Below are positions 37,282-51,648 of a stretch of 64,000 nt of DNA, piece by piece. The stretch's first letter is position 1, and the number at the start of each line of letters is the position of its first letter. The stretch comes from Paraspadella gotoi. Taxonomy: Eukaryota; Animalia; Chaetognatha. Below the pieces are notes generated by a model that was given only the letters and a program-made list of their open reading frames with translations, did no database searches and was not told the DNA's origin. The DNA is taken from NCBI GenBank assembly GCA_051294375.1, contig CM119264.1:5237545-5301544 (forward strand), read 5' to 3'. A program made the position numbers and the translations under genes.

Positions 37282-40200
37282 GTCCTCCTTCACTCTCTCT
37301 CTTAGTTCTCTCAATAGTAAAGAACACCCCAATTCTCAGAGTACAAACGAAGAGACTTTGTAAATTGTCTTTTCGTTGAAAAGAAAGCGAAAAACCAAGT
37401 AAAACATTTTCTTTTTTCCATAAAAGAAACCACGACGACGACGACGATGACAGAGACGACGACCAAGACGACGACGCCGACAAAGCCTTGACATTAGATG
37501 CCATAGAAGATTATCAATCTTTTCCCAAAAGTTTTCATCTTTTAGTTCTTAAAGTCAAATTCTCCTCGCCAGTTTTCAATCGTAGGCTTCTCCTTTGAAT
37601 TTTTACATCCGCTAATTTTACCAGAGGTTTTTTTGGAGATTGCCTCACCTGCATGTCCATAGTAGATTTCTTCATATGCTTTTGCTATCCTGCCTCCCTC
37701 TAATAGGTTTCTATGTTAGCCATAACCGCCCCACGCGATTTAAAAGATGTTCCATCTCTAGTCTCTACCAAGCGCATATTGATCAATAATCCCTTCACAT
37801 GCGCTTTCCACTTTCGAGATTACGCCGACCACCCTCGTTCTCACCAACATCCCATCTTTGCTCTCTTTTTTTTATATCTTCAATTCACACTTTTCAAACC
37901 TTCCTATTCTTCCATTCTCACTCTTATATTTCACATCATCACTTTTACTCCGTCCCCCCTTTTTACTCACCAATCTCAACACCCAATTCTAATTTCCTTT
38001 TATCTTTTTCCTTTTGTTACGCCCACTTTTCACTCTTCCGCCCTCTCATTTAGTTAACCCAGTTTTTTACACTACCCCAACTAAAGTTTGAGGATGACAG
38101 CGACTCGCACCAGCTTGCGAAACACATCCAGTCTCACGTTCCACCCCATTTTTTTACTCTCACTCTCTCACTTCCCACTCCGGCGTCGACTTATTTTCTC
38201 GAATTATACCCCACCCAGATCTGCGAAAGAAGTCACAATTGCACTCACCGTTCTTTTTTCGGACACTTCGCCGCCGAGACGCGCATACTGGGCGTGGCTT
38301 GATTCAAGGAATTGTCTGGGGCGGCCCACGTGAAAGGGATCGATACTTCGGTTCCCCTGCCGCGATGTCACGATCCATTTGCTCTTCAGTTCGGTTTTTT
38401 TGTCGTCGCGCGACGTGTACCACACTTTTGAATATTTGTCATTCGTGTATCAGTTTACGAGAGGTGCGAACGACGATTCAGCTGCACGTCAAAGTGACGT
38501 GACCCCCTTCCAGCGGATGCGAATGCTCAATCTCATTAGCCAGCGATGCAATGCAAGTAAACGATCCTCGCCCATTGTGCCTTCTCATAGGCGGCGCAGT
38601 AACTGCTCATTAGCTCGAAATGTGAGGCGTAACGACTGCCTTAGGTCACGTACGAAAGTTCGATACCCAACATAAGGTCTCATCCCTTTGCTCCTCGGCG
38701 ATATAAATTCTTAACGTCCTTTATCACATGCCGGTCATCCCCTTACCGATCACCTTCAGCAAAAAAGAAAAGACTGCATCATCTGTCTTTTACCTATGCG
38801 AGATAGTCCGCTTTCGACTTGTTACGTTCCTCCGTGCGCACTGCCCCCAATTGTTAATTTCCTTTTTCTTCAACATTCTGCCGCCTGCAACTCAAATCAT
38901 GGGACATAACCGAACACTATTGGTGTTGCACGTATGGCGCGAGCCGATCGGCTGTTCGCTAGCATGTAATCACACCTCATCTATCTGTGAAACCGCCATA
39001 GGCGACCACGATGAGGACCATCTGCACAGGATCATTTGACGGTGAATTTGCGACACGACGGCAGGATTATCGCGACGTTATACACAAGGGAGAAGGGAGA
39101 GAGAAAGACATAAAGACTGCGTTTCTAGTGTGAGGGTGTTTATTCGTCTAGTCAGCGCGCCAGATGCAACACAACTGAGATGTGTCTGCTGGGAGAAAGA
39201 AAAAGGAGTCTCAGGCGAAAGGAGAAAGGAAATAGTAAGAGGCGTGAATTAAATAAAAACAAATAAATATTTACAATTGTATGAGATAATAGCAGTAGAA
39301 ATATCTCTCCTCCTCTTCTCTATCACGGTTCACATCGCGACGGAGGTCGGTCTTCAATCACTCGCCTCGTCATCTCTCCCTCTCTCTCTCTCACTTCCTC
39401 GACCTCGGCTCTTCTTCCTCTCTCTCTCTCTCTAATTCTCCTCTCTCCTGGTATTCTCCTACAACATTATCCCAATCGTCTAACTTCTTTTCTCTCTTTT
39501 GCTTTATTTTTTCTCTTCCTCTTCGTTTCGACTTTTCTCCTCACATTTTTGGACTCTCGCTCCCAGTTTTTCGTTCAATCGCTGCCTTAGTTTTAGAAGT
39601 CCTTTCGAAGGTTGGGTGCAATACGTCTGTCGGGAAATTTTTTTTTTTCTCCTGGGCTATCGTCTTCGCTTGGACAAGTCTGCCTGTCACCTCTACTCAA
39701 TGTTCTTATTCCAGCCATATCTTTAGACATTCCTGTTAGATACAGGCGCTACAATCTGGTATGTTATCTTTGCTAACACGTCTCGCAGCCAATTCGTAAC
39801 CGGTCTGGGCTTTCGAACTCCAGGCCTTCGTCATCCATATATCTCTCTTACTTTCGCTTCGTTTCTCTACATCATCAAAGTTCTTTTATTGCGATCAGTT
39901 CAATATGGTCGTTAGATGTAACCTGCAGAAACCTCGCCCTTATCTTTTATCTTTGATTATGCATTTTCTCGTAAAAGATTTTACCATTCAGCGGAATTCG
40001 GATATTTTTAATTTTGGAATAATTTATTTTCCCTTAATCTAATTTGCGAAAATATTCGACAAGAGGAAAGCGATCCCTGTCTGCGTGAGCCTAAAGATTT
40101 TCCCGTAGCGAATGTTCAAAATGTGGTCCGTTTCATCCAGCAGATTTAGACGGTATGACATTTTCTAATGGTAGTAACTATTTCAAATTAGTAATTTGTG

Positions 40201-43200
40201 AAAAAAAATAAAAAATAAACATTGTCATATAACGTAATATATATAAATTTTTAATCATCACACATTAAATACTAAGGCGTAGTAAACATTCTAAATTTTA
40301 ACTTTAATTAAATTCTAAAGTGAGGAAACGGAACAAACATTTATTAATGAACATTTATGTAATAAAAAATTTATAATAAATTTTACAATTTACGCAGTAA
40401 GTACCTAAATCAAATAATGTTTAAAATTTCAAAACGTGTTTTTCAAAAAATTTTATTTTTTTGGGCGAGCACAATTTTTATAGGAATTCGGTCATATAAT
40501 TTTAAAAAGGTTGATCTAAAAAGGACAGACAATATCAAACTCCTTTTCTTTGAAGAAAAGTATTTCCTTCTAAATATCTCTTCATGAATATATAGATGGG
40601 TCCAATAATTACGGACAAGAAATGTTCTTTATTCTTATTTGAATAGTGTCGAAAAGAATGGGAGGATTTTCGTTTTATTCTAAAATGCAAATCGGTAAAC
40701 GTCAGTACCCATAATCATCGCAAAAAACTGGTACTCCTCTTCAATGTTAATAAACTAATCGCCTTTCTCCTATCTTGCCCTCACCTGACTCTTATGGACA
40801 GGACTTTGAGAGGATCGATAGTATATTAAAGACGTCTCTCTTGCTCCCTTCATCTTTGTGGCAGGAGCTTTCACGATCAAAGACTTAACATCACATTTCG
40901 ACAAGAGTCCTCGTTTTAATGACATTCTCCCGTAGGAGACCCGTGGCTGTGCCCCTATATCTCAACTATGAGTTGGTATAATATTCACACATTTTAGAGA
41001 GTCACTTCAAACTCGTCTATGAAAGTATGACCAGAGTACACCAAGTAAAGTATTGAGATAAGAGAAATGTAAAATAGAGAAGAGTTTAGATGAAATATGT
41101 ATAGACCCAAACTTAAGTGAGACGGAGAAAGAATATTATGATGATGATTGATTTAATATATTTATTCTTGCTGTCATCAATCACTTTTGATGGGATTCAA
41201 GATCTTGCAATCAATTAAGAAATATGCTTCATTTTTCTTCTCAAACTTTTTCCCGATTTTAATAGCAGAGACTAGGTACTTTTTCACATCACGATCTAAA
41301 CTTAAATTGGACGGCCTATTCTTGGCGTCGGACACTTAATAAAACACTAAAATTATTTTTTTTATAAATTGAATGTTCACACCGAAGTGGTATGCTAGAA
41401 GTGATATCATCGAGACTCTATGAATTGACTTTTTAGAAGTTGATTCACCGATGGTAACTGGTTTCACTTCACGGTTCATTGCTCCTCGAGACGTATCCAT
41501 TCACCCGGCTAGTTCTAACGAAATATTTTTTAAAAGTATTTGGTGAAAAGTAATGATATTATACTTATGAACTGTATTTATACCCGTTGAAACATAATTG
41601 AGAATATTACATACTCTTCTAGGTATTCATCTTCCCTACACTATCAAATCTATTACTGTACTTCAGATAAAATCATCACTCATTCTCTCACGTCATATAT
41701 CTTCTACTATAAACTGCAGTAGACCTCACAAAACGATCGCTCACACGCTTCCTATCTATTGCCGCAGACACGTGGCTCAAGCCACCGCACCGCGCGTTAT
41801 TCACGAATTGTGCGTGATTCGGCTTTTGCGTCTATCTTTGCCGCGAGGTCAGTGAGGCGCTCCCAACATTTTGTCACACAGTCGAGAAAGTTTCATCGAA
41901 AACTTAAAAAGAGAGAGACTACAACTCACAGAAACGTGAAAATGACCGGAAGTGGGTTTCGCCCATTGTCGTCGTCGAAAATAAATGATGGCCGTCGTCT
42001 TCGTCAACGCCGCGATACCGTCGCGGAGAGAGTGGGACATCGGGGGCGTCTCTGTGTCGCCAAGGTGTCGTTCCGAGTTGCGCGGCTACTTTTGTCTGCG
42101 TGTCGGCCAAGCTGAGCGTGATGAATATAGGGGCATGGAGAGAGTGTAGTGGAATGGTGGTGAAGGTAGAGGTCGTGTTGTATAAAGTTCCGCTCCTTGA
42201 GGAAGGGCACATTGGTAGAGCGCAGAGTTGTGGAAGGAAAGTGAGTGTGTGACTGTACCGTCGAACCGCGAGGTAAGGAGCGGATGAGTGAAAAATAGAA
42301 GGTGGATTTAAACCAGTGAAACTCTTGTCAGTCCCGACTCCCAAATCTTCTTGTTTGCGTTATAAATGAGTTTTCAAAGGCACACAGCCTGGCTGTCCAC
42401 GGGAAAAGAACCAAATAAAAATGACCATCGGGAGTAGATGGAAAGAGGCGAGGGACCGAGCGTGGAATCTAATGTAGGGAAAAAGTTAATTATAAAGGAA
42501 AGATTTGCACAAACGCGCTTCTACAATCAACTAACTGTGAAACAATGAAGGTGGATAAGTAATAGAAAAGAGCATACTACGTAATCGCAGCTTGTAAGAA
42601 GGTAATGGTAGAAGGACGGAGAGTGCAAATCCAGGGGGATTGAGAAGGCAACCAAGATGGCTACAAAGAATTAAAAAGAGAAAATTAAGAAGACAAGTAG
42701 CAAATAGAAGGCAAAGGAGAAGGCGAATGAGCGAGAAGTATGGCCAATCGCAATGAACAATCGACCCTAACAAGAGATAAGTCATTAGGGCAAAACACGG
42801 AGAAGTTGCTGGGGGCGCCCCAATGGAGAAAGACATGCACAGGTACTCTCCAAAAGTCTCAGAAGCAAAAGAGAAGGCGAATGGAAAGCCAATGAAGAAC
42901 CTCAAGACGATTCAAGCACTCACGTGCATGGAGAAGGCAGATTGCGAGAAGCTATATCTGGAAGGCCCACGAGGAGCTAGAAGTCCGAGGACCATTATTG
43001 GCGAGAGAGAGAGAGAGATTCTCGACACGAAGAAGATGGGAGAGAATGATGAATCGGAAGTACTTACAGCAGAGAATATATGAAACGGCAATAGAAGTAA
43101 GAAGCGATGGAGACAGAGCCACAAAACCATAGCGAGGCGAGAAAAAGCAACCGCGAGATTCGAGAAGCTTAATATGCAGCGCCTCTCACGAAGAAGTAGA

Positions 43201-46200
43201 AAAGCAAAAGTCGAGATAGGCGACGGAAACGAAGAAAAATTGATAGACTGTCAATATAGGACTAGGAAAGCATGAAACGAGAACAGGCAAGTAGAAGGCG
43301 CAAAAGACACACGAGTTAGAGTTAGCAAATGGAGAGAGGCGATAGGATGAGAGGCAATTGCGAAGATCAGCAAGATAAAGCGCCAAGGCTAGTAGAGGCA
43401 AGACATGGGAAGATTGACGCAATGCACCACCCCAAAAGTAGATAGGGAATAGAGTATAGCGCAATCGAGAGAGAGCCGAAGAAATCACTCGTCCAGAATG
43501 AAGAAAGGCTAGACATAGAGAGCAGGAGGCTACCTACTGATACACCCAAAAGTAGATCAGGCAATGGAGAAGGCGATTGCGCAGAAGGCAATTGAAGACC
43601 ATCTCAAGATGTCTAGTCACAGTGCCAAAGAAAAGGCGATGGTGGACGTGACGGAGGCAGCGACGGANNNNNNNNNNNNNNNNNNNNNNNNNCGATGAGA
43701 GACAATGAAGACCCAAAAGTTAGAAGGCAAAGAGAAGGCGATGGAAAGGCAATGAAGAACCAAGAGTAGAAGGCAATGGAGAAGATCTCTCTCGTCCTTC
43801 TCCTTTGCCTTCTACTCTTGGGTCTTCATTGCCTTTTCCATCGCCTTCTCCTTTGCCTTCTATGCTACTTGTCTTCTTAATTTTCTTCTTTTAATTCTTT
43901 GTAGCCATCTTGGTTGCCTTCTCAATCCCCTTTGGCATTGCACTCTCCGTCCTATCTACATTACCTTCTACAATGTCGATACGTAGTATGCTCTTTTCTA
44001 TTACTATCACCTTCATTGTTATCACAATTAGTTCTAACCCGTTTTCCAAATCTTTCCTCTTTTCTCACCAATTAATTCCACAGTCCCTTCGCCTCTTTCC
44101 ATCATCCCATTCATTTTTATTTGGTTCTTTTTCCCCCAGTTTCCTTAACTCATTTCCAAACAAAGATTTGGGTCGAAAGATTTCACTGGTAAATCCACCT
44201 TCTATTTTCACTCATCCGCCCTTACCCTCCTTCCGACGGTACAGTCACACACTCACTTCCTTCCACCCTCTCTCCCTGTCCCTCCCCCACGCTCACCACC
44301 TCCACCTCACCCATCTCCGCCCATCCTATTCTCCGCTCCCGACGCGTCCGACATCGACGACCTTGCCACGCCCCCTTCCCATTTCCGGTTCCGGCGTCGC
44401 GCCAACATTTTCGAACGACAATGGCGAAACCCACTTCCGGTCATTTTCACTTTCTTTTTTTCTCTCTCTTTTAAGTTTTCGAGATTTCTCCTTGAAAATG
44501 GGAGCGGCGGCGAAAAAGCGAATCACCCCATAACCCGGCGGTGAAAATTGGCATAAGAAGCTGTGAGCGATCGTTTTGTGGTTCTGCTTTATGTGACTTT
44601 CGTATGAGTATGATTTTCTATCATATATTTATTTGAATGAATACCTAAATATATATATTGTTAACGTATAAAGTTATAAACTATTTTAACAATACTATAA
44701 AATATTTTAGATACGTATATATTAAGGCGTAGTGAAAGTTACATACGAAAATTCTAAAAGTCAATTATGAACAACATACCATCAGTGAACATTAATTTAT
44801 AAAAAAAATTAATTTTATGTTTTTTAATTTTCGCAGTAGGCTATATTTATATATAGTACTATCCTTATAAAATCGAAAAATTTCAAAATAAGCTTTTCTT
44901 AATTTTGATTGCAGATTTGAATTCCTCATCAAAAGTTGATAAAAGAAAATATAAATCATTTTTAAAAATTCTTTCATTAAGTGGGTTAAAAATTGAAAAA
45001 ACTATATTTAATATATAAAAAATTATTTTTCAACTTAAAATATAGCTTTTTCTAATTTTTGACCCACTTAATGAAGGAATTTTTCAAAAAGAGTTATATT
45101 TCTTTTTATCAACTTTTTATGACGAATCCAAATCTGCCAAAAAAAATTTAGAAAAAACTTTTTTGAAATTTTAACATTTATTGATTTAGTACTACTGCGT
45201 AAATTGTAAAATTTATTATAAATTTTTTTATTACATAAATGTTCATTAATATAATGTTGTTCGTTCCTCACTTTTAGAATTTTAATTAAAGTTAAATTTA
45301 GAAATTTTACTACGCCTTAGTATTTATGTGTGATGATTAAATTTATATATATGTACGTTATATGACAAGTTATTTTATTTTTCACAAATTACTAATTTGA
45401 AATTAAGTTACTACCATAGAAAATGTCATACTCTAAATCTGAAACGGACACATTTGAACATTCGCTACGGGAAATCTTTCAGCTCACGCAGACAGGGATC
45501 GCTTTCTCTTGTCGAATATTTCGCAAATAGATTAAGGAAAATAAATATTCCATTAAAAATATCTCGATTCCTGAATTAAATTTTTACGAGAAAATACATA
45601 ATCAANNNNNNNNNNNNNNNNNNNNNNNNNNNNNNNNNNNNNNNNNNNNNNNNNNNNNNNNNNNNNNNNNNNNNNNNNNNNNNNNNNNNNNNNNNNNNNN
45701 NNNNNNNNNNNNNNNNNNNNNNNNNNNNNNNNNNNNNNNNNNNNNNNNNNNNNNNNNNNNNNNNNNNNNNNNNNNNNNNNNNNNNNNNNNNNNTTTTATG
45801 CATTCCATCATTATTTTTGTTTTATTTATCAGCTTCTCATTCTCTTCGCAGAATCCCTTTGTTCTTTCTCCCACACACATCTAGTTATTGATCTGCCGCT
45901 ACAGACGATACCCAACTCCCTGAAGTCTTTTCCTCTCTCCCTCTCCCTTGTGAAAACGGCTGCGGGAAATTACGCGTGCAGATGGTATGTGAAACTATGA
46001 GTTAGCTGTGACTCTGTACGAAGCCGACGGGGCATAGAAATGGTATCGATATGAGATAGCAATGAAAAGAAAATGGCAGTGCGACGAAACGTAAAAAGAC
46101 GGAATCTAGAAAAGAAATGGCATCTTTTGGAGATGGTACCATGGATAAAGACGGCTTATCCCGAGGAAAGGTAATTGGTAACTTTCGAGGATGGCACTTA

Positions 46201-48110
46201 CTAGCTAAAGTAGCGCCTAAAGATGGCAGAGTCGGCACCTGCTACAGATGGCAACTCCCGGGGCCGCTTGGCTGAATCGTCGTCGACGCTCAGANNNNNN
46301 NNNNNNNNNNNNNNNNNNNNNNNNNNNNNNNNNNNNNNNNNNNNNNNNNNNNNNNNNNNNNNNNNNNNNNNNNNNNNNNNNNNNNNNNNNNNNNNNNNNN
46401 NNNNNNNNNNNNNNNNNNNNNNNNNNNNNNNNNNNNNNNNNNNNNNNNNNNNNNNNNNNNNNNNNNNNNNNNNNNNNNNNNNNNNNNNNNNNNNNNNNNN
46501 NNNNNNNNNNNNNNNNNNNNNNNNNNNNNNNNNNNNNNNNNNNNNNNNNNNNNNNNNNNNNNNNNNNNNNNNNNNNNNNNNNNNNNNNNNNNNNNNNNNN
46601 NNNNNNNNNNNNNNNNNNNNNNNNNNNAGATATAAAAAAGAAAGGAAGCAAAAGATGGGATGTGTGAGAACGGGGGTGGTCGGCGTAATCTCGAAAGTGG
46701 AAGCGCATGTGAAGGATTATTGATCAATATGCGGCTTGGTAGAGACTAGAGATGAAAACCTTTAAATCGCGAGGAGCGGTTGATGGCTAACATAGAAACC
46801 TATTAAGAGGAGGCAGATAGCAAACGTAGAAATCTACTATGACATGGCAAGTGACAATCAAAAAACCTCTGGTAAAATTAGCGGATGTAAAAAAATCAAA
46901 GCTGCCGACGATTGAAAACTGGCGAAGGAGAATTTGACTTTAAGAACTAAAAGATGAAAAACTTTTGGGAAAAGATGATAATTCTCTGGCATCTAATGTC
47001 AAGGCTTTGTCGGCGTCGTCGTCTTGGTCGTCGTCTCTGTCATCGTCGTCGTCGTCGTCGGGTCTTCTATTGGAAAAANNNNNNNNNNNNNNNNNNNNNN
47101 NNNNNNNNNNNNNNNNNNNNNNNNNNNNNNNNNNNNNNNNNNNNNNNNNNNNNNNNNNNNNNNNNNNNNNNNNNNNNNNNNNNNNNNNNNNNNNNNNNNN
47201 NNNNNNNNNNNNNNNNNNNNNNNNNNNNNNNNNNNNNNNNNNNNNNNNNNNNNNNNNNNNNNNNNNNNNNNNNNNNNNNNNNNNNNNNNNNNNNNNNNNN
47301 NNNNNNNNNNNNNNNNNNNNNNNNNNNNNNNNNNNNNNNNNNNNNNNNNNNNNNNNNNNNNNNNNNNNNNNNNNNNNNNNNNNNNNNNNNNNNNNNNNNC
47401 GACGACGACGACGACGACGACGATAATGATGATGTCATTAATGACGACCGACACCGAAGATGGTGATAATGATAGTAACCATGACAATGATGACAACAGA
47501 CGACGACATTAATTAAAATTATGATTAATGTCATTGCGACGACAAAGATGACGGTTTCGCTGATGACAACCGAGGCTTCAGGTAAGACATCAATGACGTG
47601 AACTCAGTTGGAGATGAAGACGAAGATAATAATGATGATGGATGATGACGATGATGGCGACATTGACGACGTCATTTATGGCAACTATTAATAACAAAAA
47701 TGACGGTGACGGGAAGGATTTTAATGAGTGACAATAAACATCGACAGAGACGACGTTCCCGACCCAGATGACGACGACGACGACGACGACGACGACGANN
47801 NNNNNNNNNNNNNNNNNNNNNNNNNNNNNNNNNNNNNNNNNNNNNNNNNNNNNNNNNNNNNNNNNNNNNNNNNNNNNNNNNNNNNNNNNNNNNNNNNNNN
47901 NNNNNNNNNNNNNNNNNNNNNNNNNNNNNNNNNNNNNNNNNNNNNNNNNNNNNNNNNNNNNNCTAAACGCCGTCGTTGGAACTCGATTTCCTGTCGAAAT
48001 GATGGGATGAAAGAATGAAGGGGTGATAGAAGGATGGGGTGATAGAATGATGTGGTAATATGATGACAGGGTGATAGAGTGATGTAATAACAAGGTTGTT
48101 TTTTAGAAGA
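36475..48110. repeat. Large imperfect inverted repeat (arms ~36475-43785 and ~43790-48110)
   Basis: Examples: 36481-36617 is the reverse complement of 47963-48105; 37410-37870 of 46630-47077; 39970-40570 of 45070-45600; 41850-42720 of 43845-44580. Confidence 0.92.
42700..43862. repeat. Degenerate purine-rich minisatellite (~48 bp unit AGTAGAAGGCAAAGGAGAAGGCGATGGAAAAGGCAATGAAGACCCAAGA) at the palindrome centre
   Basis: Recurrent AGAAGGCAATGGAGAAGGCGATGG motif from 42700 to 43785, inverted at 43796-43862. Confidence 0.75.
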
Positions 48111-48585
48111 CATTGCTATGAAATGATTGGGATGAAATGATGTAATGACACGGTGATGGAATGACATAAGGACAAGGTTGTTAGAGGACGGTGTTATGAC
48201 ATGATGGCGTGATGAAATTACGAGGCGATGGATTGATGTAATGACAAGGTGATGGGTGATGTAACGACAAGGTTGAGGACCGTGTGATACTGAGTGGTGG
48301 GATGATGAGATGACGTGCTGCTGGGATAATTGAATTATGTTAAGATGTGTGATTATTTGAGGTCAGGATTGTTAGATGACAAGCTGTTGGGATGACGGGA
48401 TGATTATTTGACGGGGAAAATGGGAAATCCTGATGACAGGATGATCGATGATGGGTTAATAAAAAAGACTCGATACAATTGTATAATTGAGGACGAAATG
48501 ATTAAATAATCGGATACGAAGTTTATTGAAAGGACGAAATGACAAAATAATCGCCTGATGAGATTATCAAGTGAATGATTGATGA
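47995..48585. repeat. Degenerate GATGA/GATGAC-rich low-complexity repeat
   Basis: Recurrent GATGACARGGTGATRG-like motifs. Confidence 0.6.
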
Positions 48586-48687
48586 NNNNNNNNNNNNNNN
48601 NNNNNNNNNNNNNNNNNNNNNNNNNNNNNNNNNNNNNNNNNNNNNNNNNNNNNNNNNNNNNNNNNNNNNNNNNNNNNNNNNNNNNNN

Positions 48688-48718
<31 letters not shown>

Positions 48719-49715
48719 CTCTTTTCCCTCGATTCGACAAACGCTTTCACATTCAAACTTTATGATCAATTTTATTTACGACTTCGCCTTTGTGATTAAA
48801 TGTCGACTAGAAAAATCAAATGTAAGCATTGATCCAAGCATAAAAGAAAATGATTGTGTTTGAAAATGGTACAAACTTATTCATTTATTTAAAAAATGAG
48901 CTATCTTGTCCCTGACTTAGGACAGGCTATGGCGGATTAAAATTTAATAACAGTTGTTGTCTTTCAAAAAAATAATACTGTAATCTTTTTATCTTAAAAC
49001 TTTGCAATCCGTCGATGCAGCGAATCTCCGTCGCCAAATCGGCGGGAAAGATGGCGCTCCGACGAAATCAGAAAAAAACAAAGAGAAAAAAAAAAGAGCA
49101 AACGCCGAAAAAAAAAATCTCTGGAGAGAAGACAGATGCTGAGTCAGCGATAGAGGGATAGTGGAGATGGGAGCGAGATGGGAGAGAGATGGTGGAGATG
49201 GGAGAGAGATGGGAGACAGATGGGAGAGAGATGGTGGTGATGGGTGAGAGATGGAAAAAAGATGTGATAGTGATTGGACAAAGTAGGGAGAGAAATGGTG
49301 GATATTAGAAAGAGATAGATAATGTACAGATGATATAGATTGAGATGGTGGAAAGATGATAAAGAGATGAAAGAGATGATAGAAGAGAGATGGCAGATAG
49401 AAGACAGATGGTATAGAGATGGAAGAGAGATGAGAGAACTACNNNNNNNNNNNNNNNNNNNNNNNNNNNNNNNNNNNNNNNNNNNNNNNNNNNNNNNNNN
49501 NNNNNNNNNNNNNNNNNNNNNNNNCGGCGGCGGCGGCGGCGGCAGAAAGGGTTGGGGCGAATTCAAGTCTTTTCATTCGGGTTCAAACACAAACTCTTTC
49601 TACCAACGTTTTACCCTTTTTTTCTGTCGCTGATGTTGAAATGAGGTGCGACGTTTTCGCATATCCGAGTCTCGCTCTCTCTCTTCTCTCTCTCTCTCAT
49701 CCTCTCTTCTACGTC

Positions 49716-49746
<31 letters not shown>

Positions 49747-50377
49747 TATCCTCTCATCTCTTCTCTCTACCTCTAATCTATCTCAACTCCTCTATCTCAT
49801 TCTTGCCTTTTTCTCTCTCTGACGCTACCCTTTTAGTAAGCTCGGATTTAAAATGGGAGTGAAATGAAAATAGTTGTTATAACCCTCAACTGACTGACTA
49901 TTATTGATATTTGTTCTTTTCAATAGTTAGAAAATTCCCTGACGTTTATGTTCAAATTAAGAATACTTTACACCATATCAACTGGTGCAGTTGACTTGCA
50001 GAATATAGTTTTTGCAACTTGTTTTCCCTCATATTTGATACTTTAATTTTTAACTCATTGTGAAAAAAATTGAGCCGAACATTTTAATTTCTTTTATTAG
50101 TTTATTTAATGTCTTGAAAGCATGTAAAGCAATTTTTAGCATTATATTTAAAGTTATTTAAAGTAAGGTAACAAGATTTTGGTAGATGTTTGTTTTCCTT
50201 TTTTTTTTTTGGACGCTAGAATTTTTATTTTCTTTTAGAAAATTAACTAGAAAAAATATAAAATGAAAAAAGTGTGAAAAAGTTTTTGACAGTCCGATTG
50301 CTTAAGAACATACAGCGTCTATATTTGTAAGATGAACCCAAGTTTTTCAACATTTCATTTTTTATTATAAATATAAT

Positions 50378-50471
50378 AGTAATTGATCTTTTCATTTCAT
50401 TTGAAATCTGTTTATATATCTCATTATAGATCTCTTTTTATCCCTCTATCTAAATTATACGTACGTGAAGG

Positions 50472-50518
<47 letters not shown>

Positions 50519-51604
50519 CTCTCACCTCACAAAAGAAAGAACAAAAGGCTGCTCACTTAGTCATACAGGTGTGGTCTTCTGTGATATTCCATTGTGTGAC
50601 CGTGAATTTTCGGGATGGAATTCGCCCGACGAAGCGCTTTATTTAAAAGCTTTTGTCGTGATGGTTTTTTTTCCTGTTGTTGTTGTTGTTGTAGCTGTTG
50701 TCGTCGTCGTTCGGAAAGGTAAATTTATGCGTGGTGCTTCATTTGCGAAACTCGCTTTCACCTCAACAAAAAAAAACCTCTAATGAAGGGAGAGGCGTTT
50801 TTTTCTTTCTCTTTTTCTTCCTTTCTCTTTATGTATATGTATCTCTCTCTCGCTCTCTCTCTCTTTCTCTCCTCTCTTCTTTCTCTTCTTCTTTCTCTTA
50901 TGTTATATCTCTCTCCGTTCTCTCGTCTTTCTCTTCTCTCTCCTTTCTCTCTCTTTCTCCTCTTCTCCGCCTTTCTGCGCTCCACTTCCTTCCTCTCTTC
51001 TCTCTCTTCTCTCTCTCTCTCTCCTTCTTCTTTTTGTTTTCTCTCTTTTTATTTCCTTTTTTTTCTTTTCTTCTCAGCCGTTCTCATTCCTTCTTTTTTC
51101 ACCGTCCATCGCCTTTTAACCGACCTTTCCTGGAACCGATGCGGTTGCTTTAGAACCGAATCCTGCGTCTAAAATGGCGCTAGGAATGGGCACCGGAAAA
51201 TGATGGGCCCAGAAACCGGCGAGCAGAGTTCCAGTGATCACGTTGACATCTCACGTTCTGACGTTTAATTCTGGTTAAGTAACCCGCTTTGTCCATCCTC
51301 ACTCCCTTTTGTTTTATATTTCCTAAACGCTTATTTCTTATCGATTTTTTTTATTTACTAAATTTCTCTATTTGTCGTTTTTCGCTTCTTTGTTTATCAC
51401 CAATTTTCATTTTCATTTCTTTCTTCTGTTCGTTTCCTTCTATTTTTTCTATTCGTCCTTTCATTTTCCGCGATCCTATTTCCCTACTTTCCCGCTAATT
51501 TTGTTTCTTTCTTGCCACCCAAAAAACCTCGAGGGGATGAGTTTTGGGGGGAGAATTGACCGACTCGCGTCACAAATGAGAGAGATGAGAGAGAAGAGAG
51601 AGAG

Positions 51605-51648
<44 letters not shown>

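Noticed and set aside
38090-39300. Possible LTR or transposon fragment in the palindrome arm
   Set aside because: Complex sequence, but no interpretable motif or paired terminal repeat could be read through the errors.
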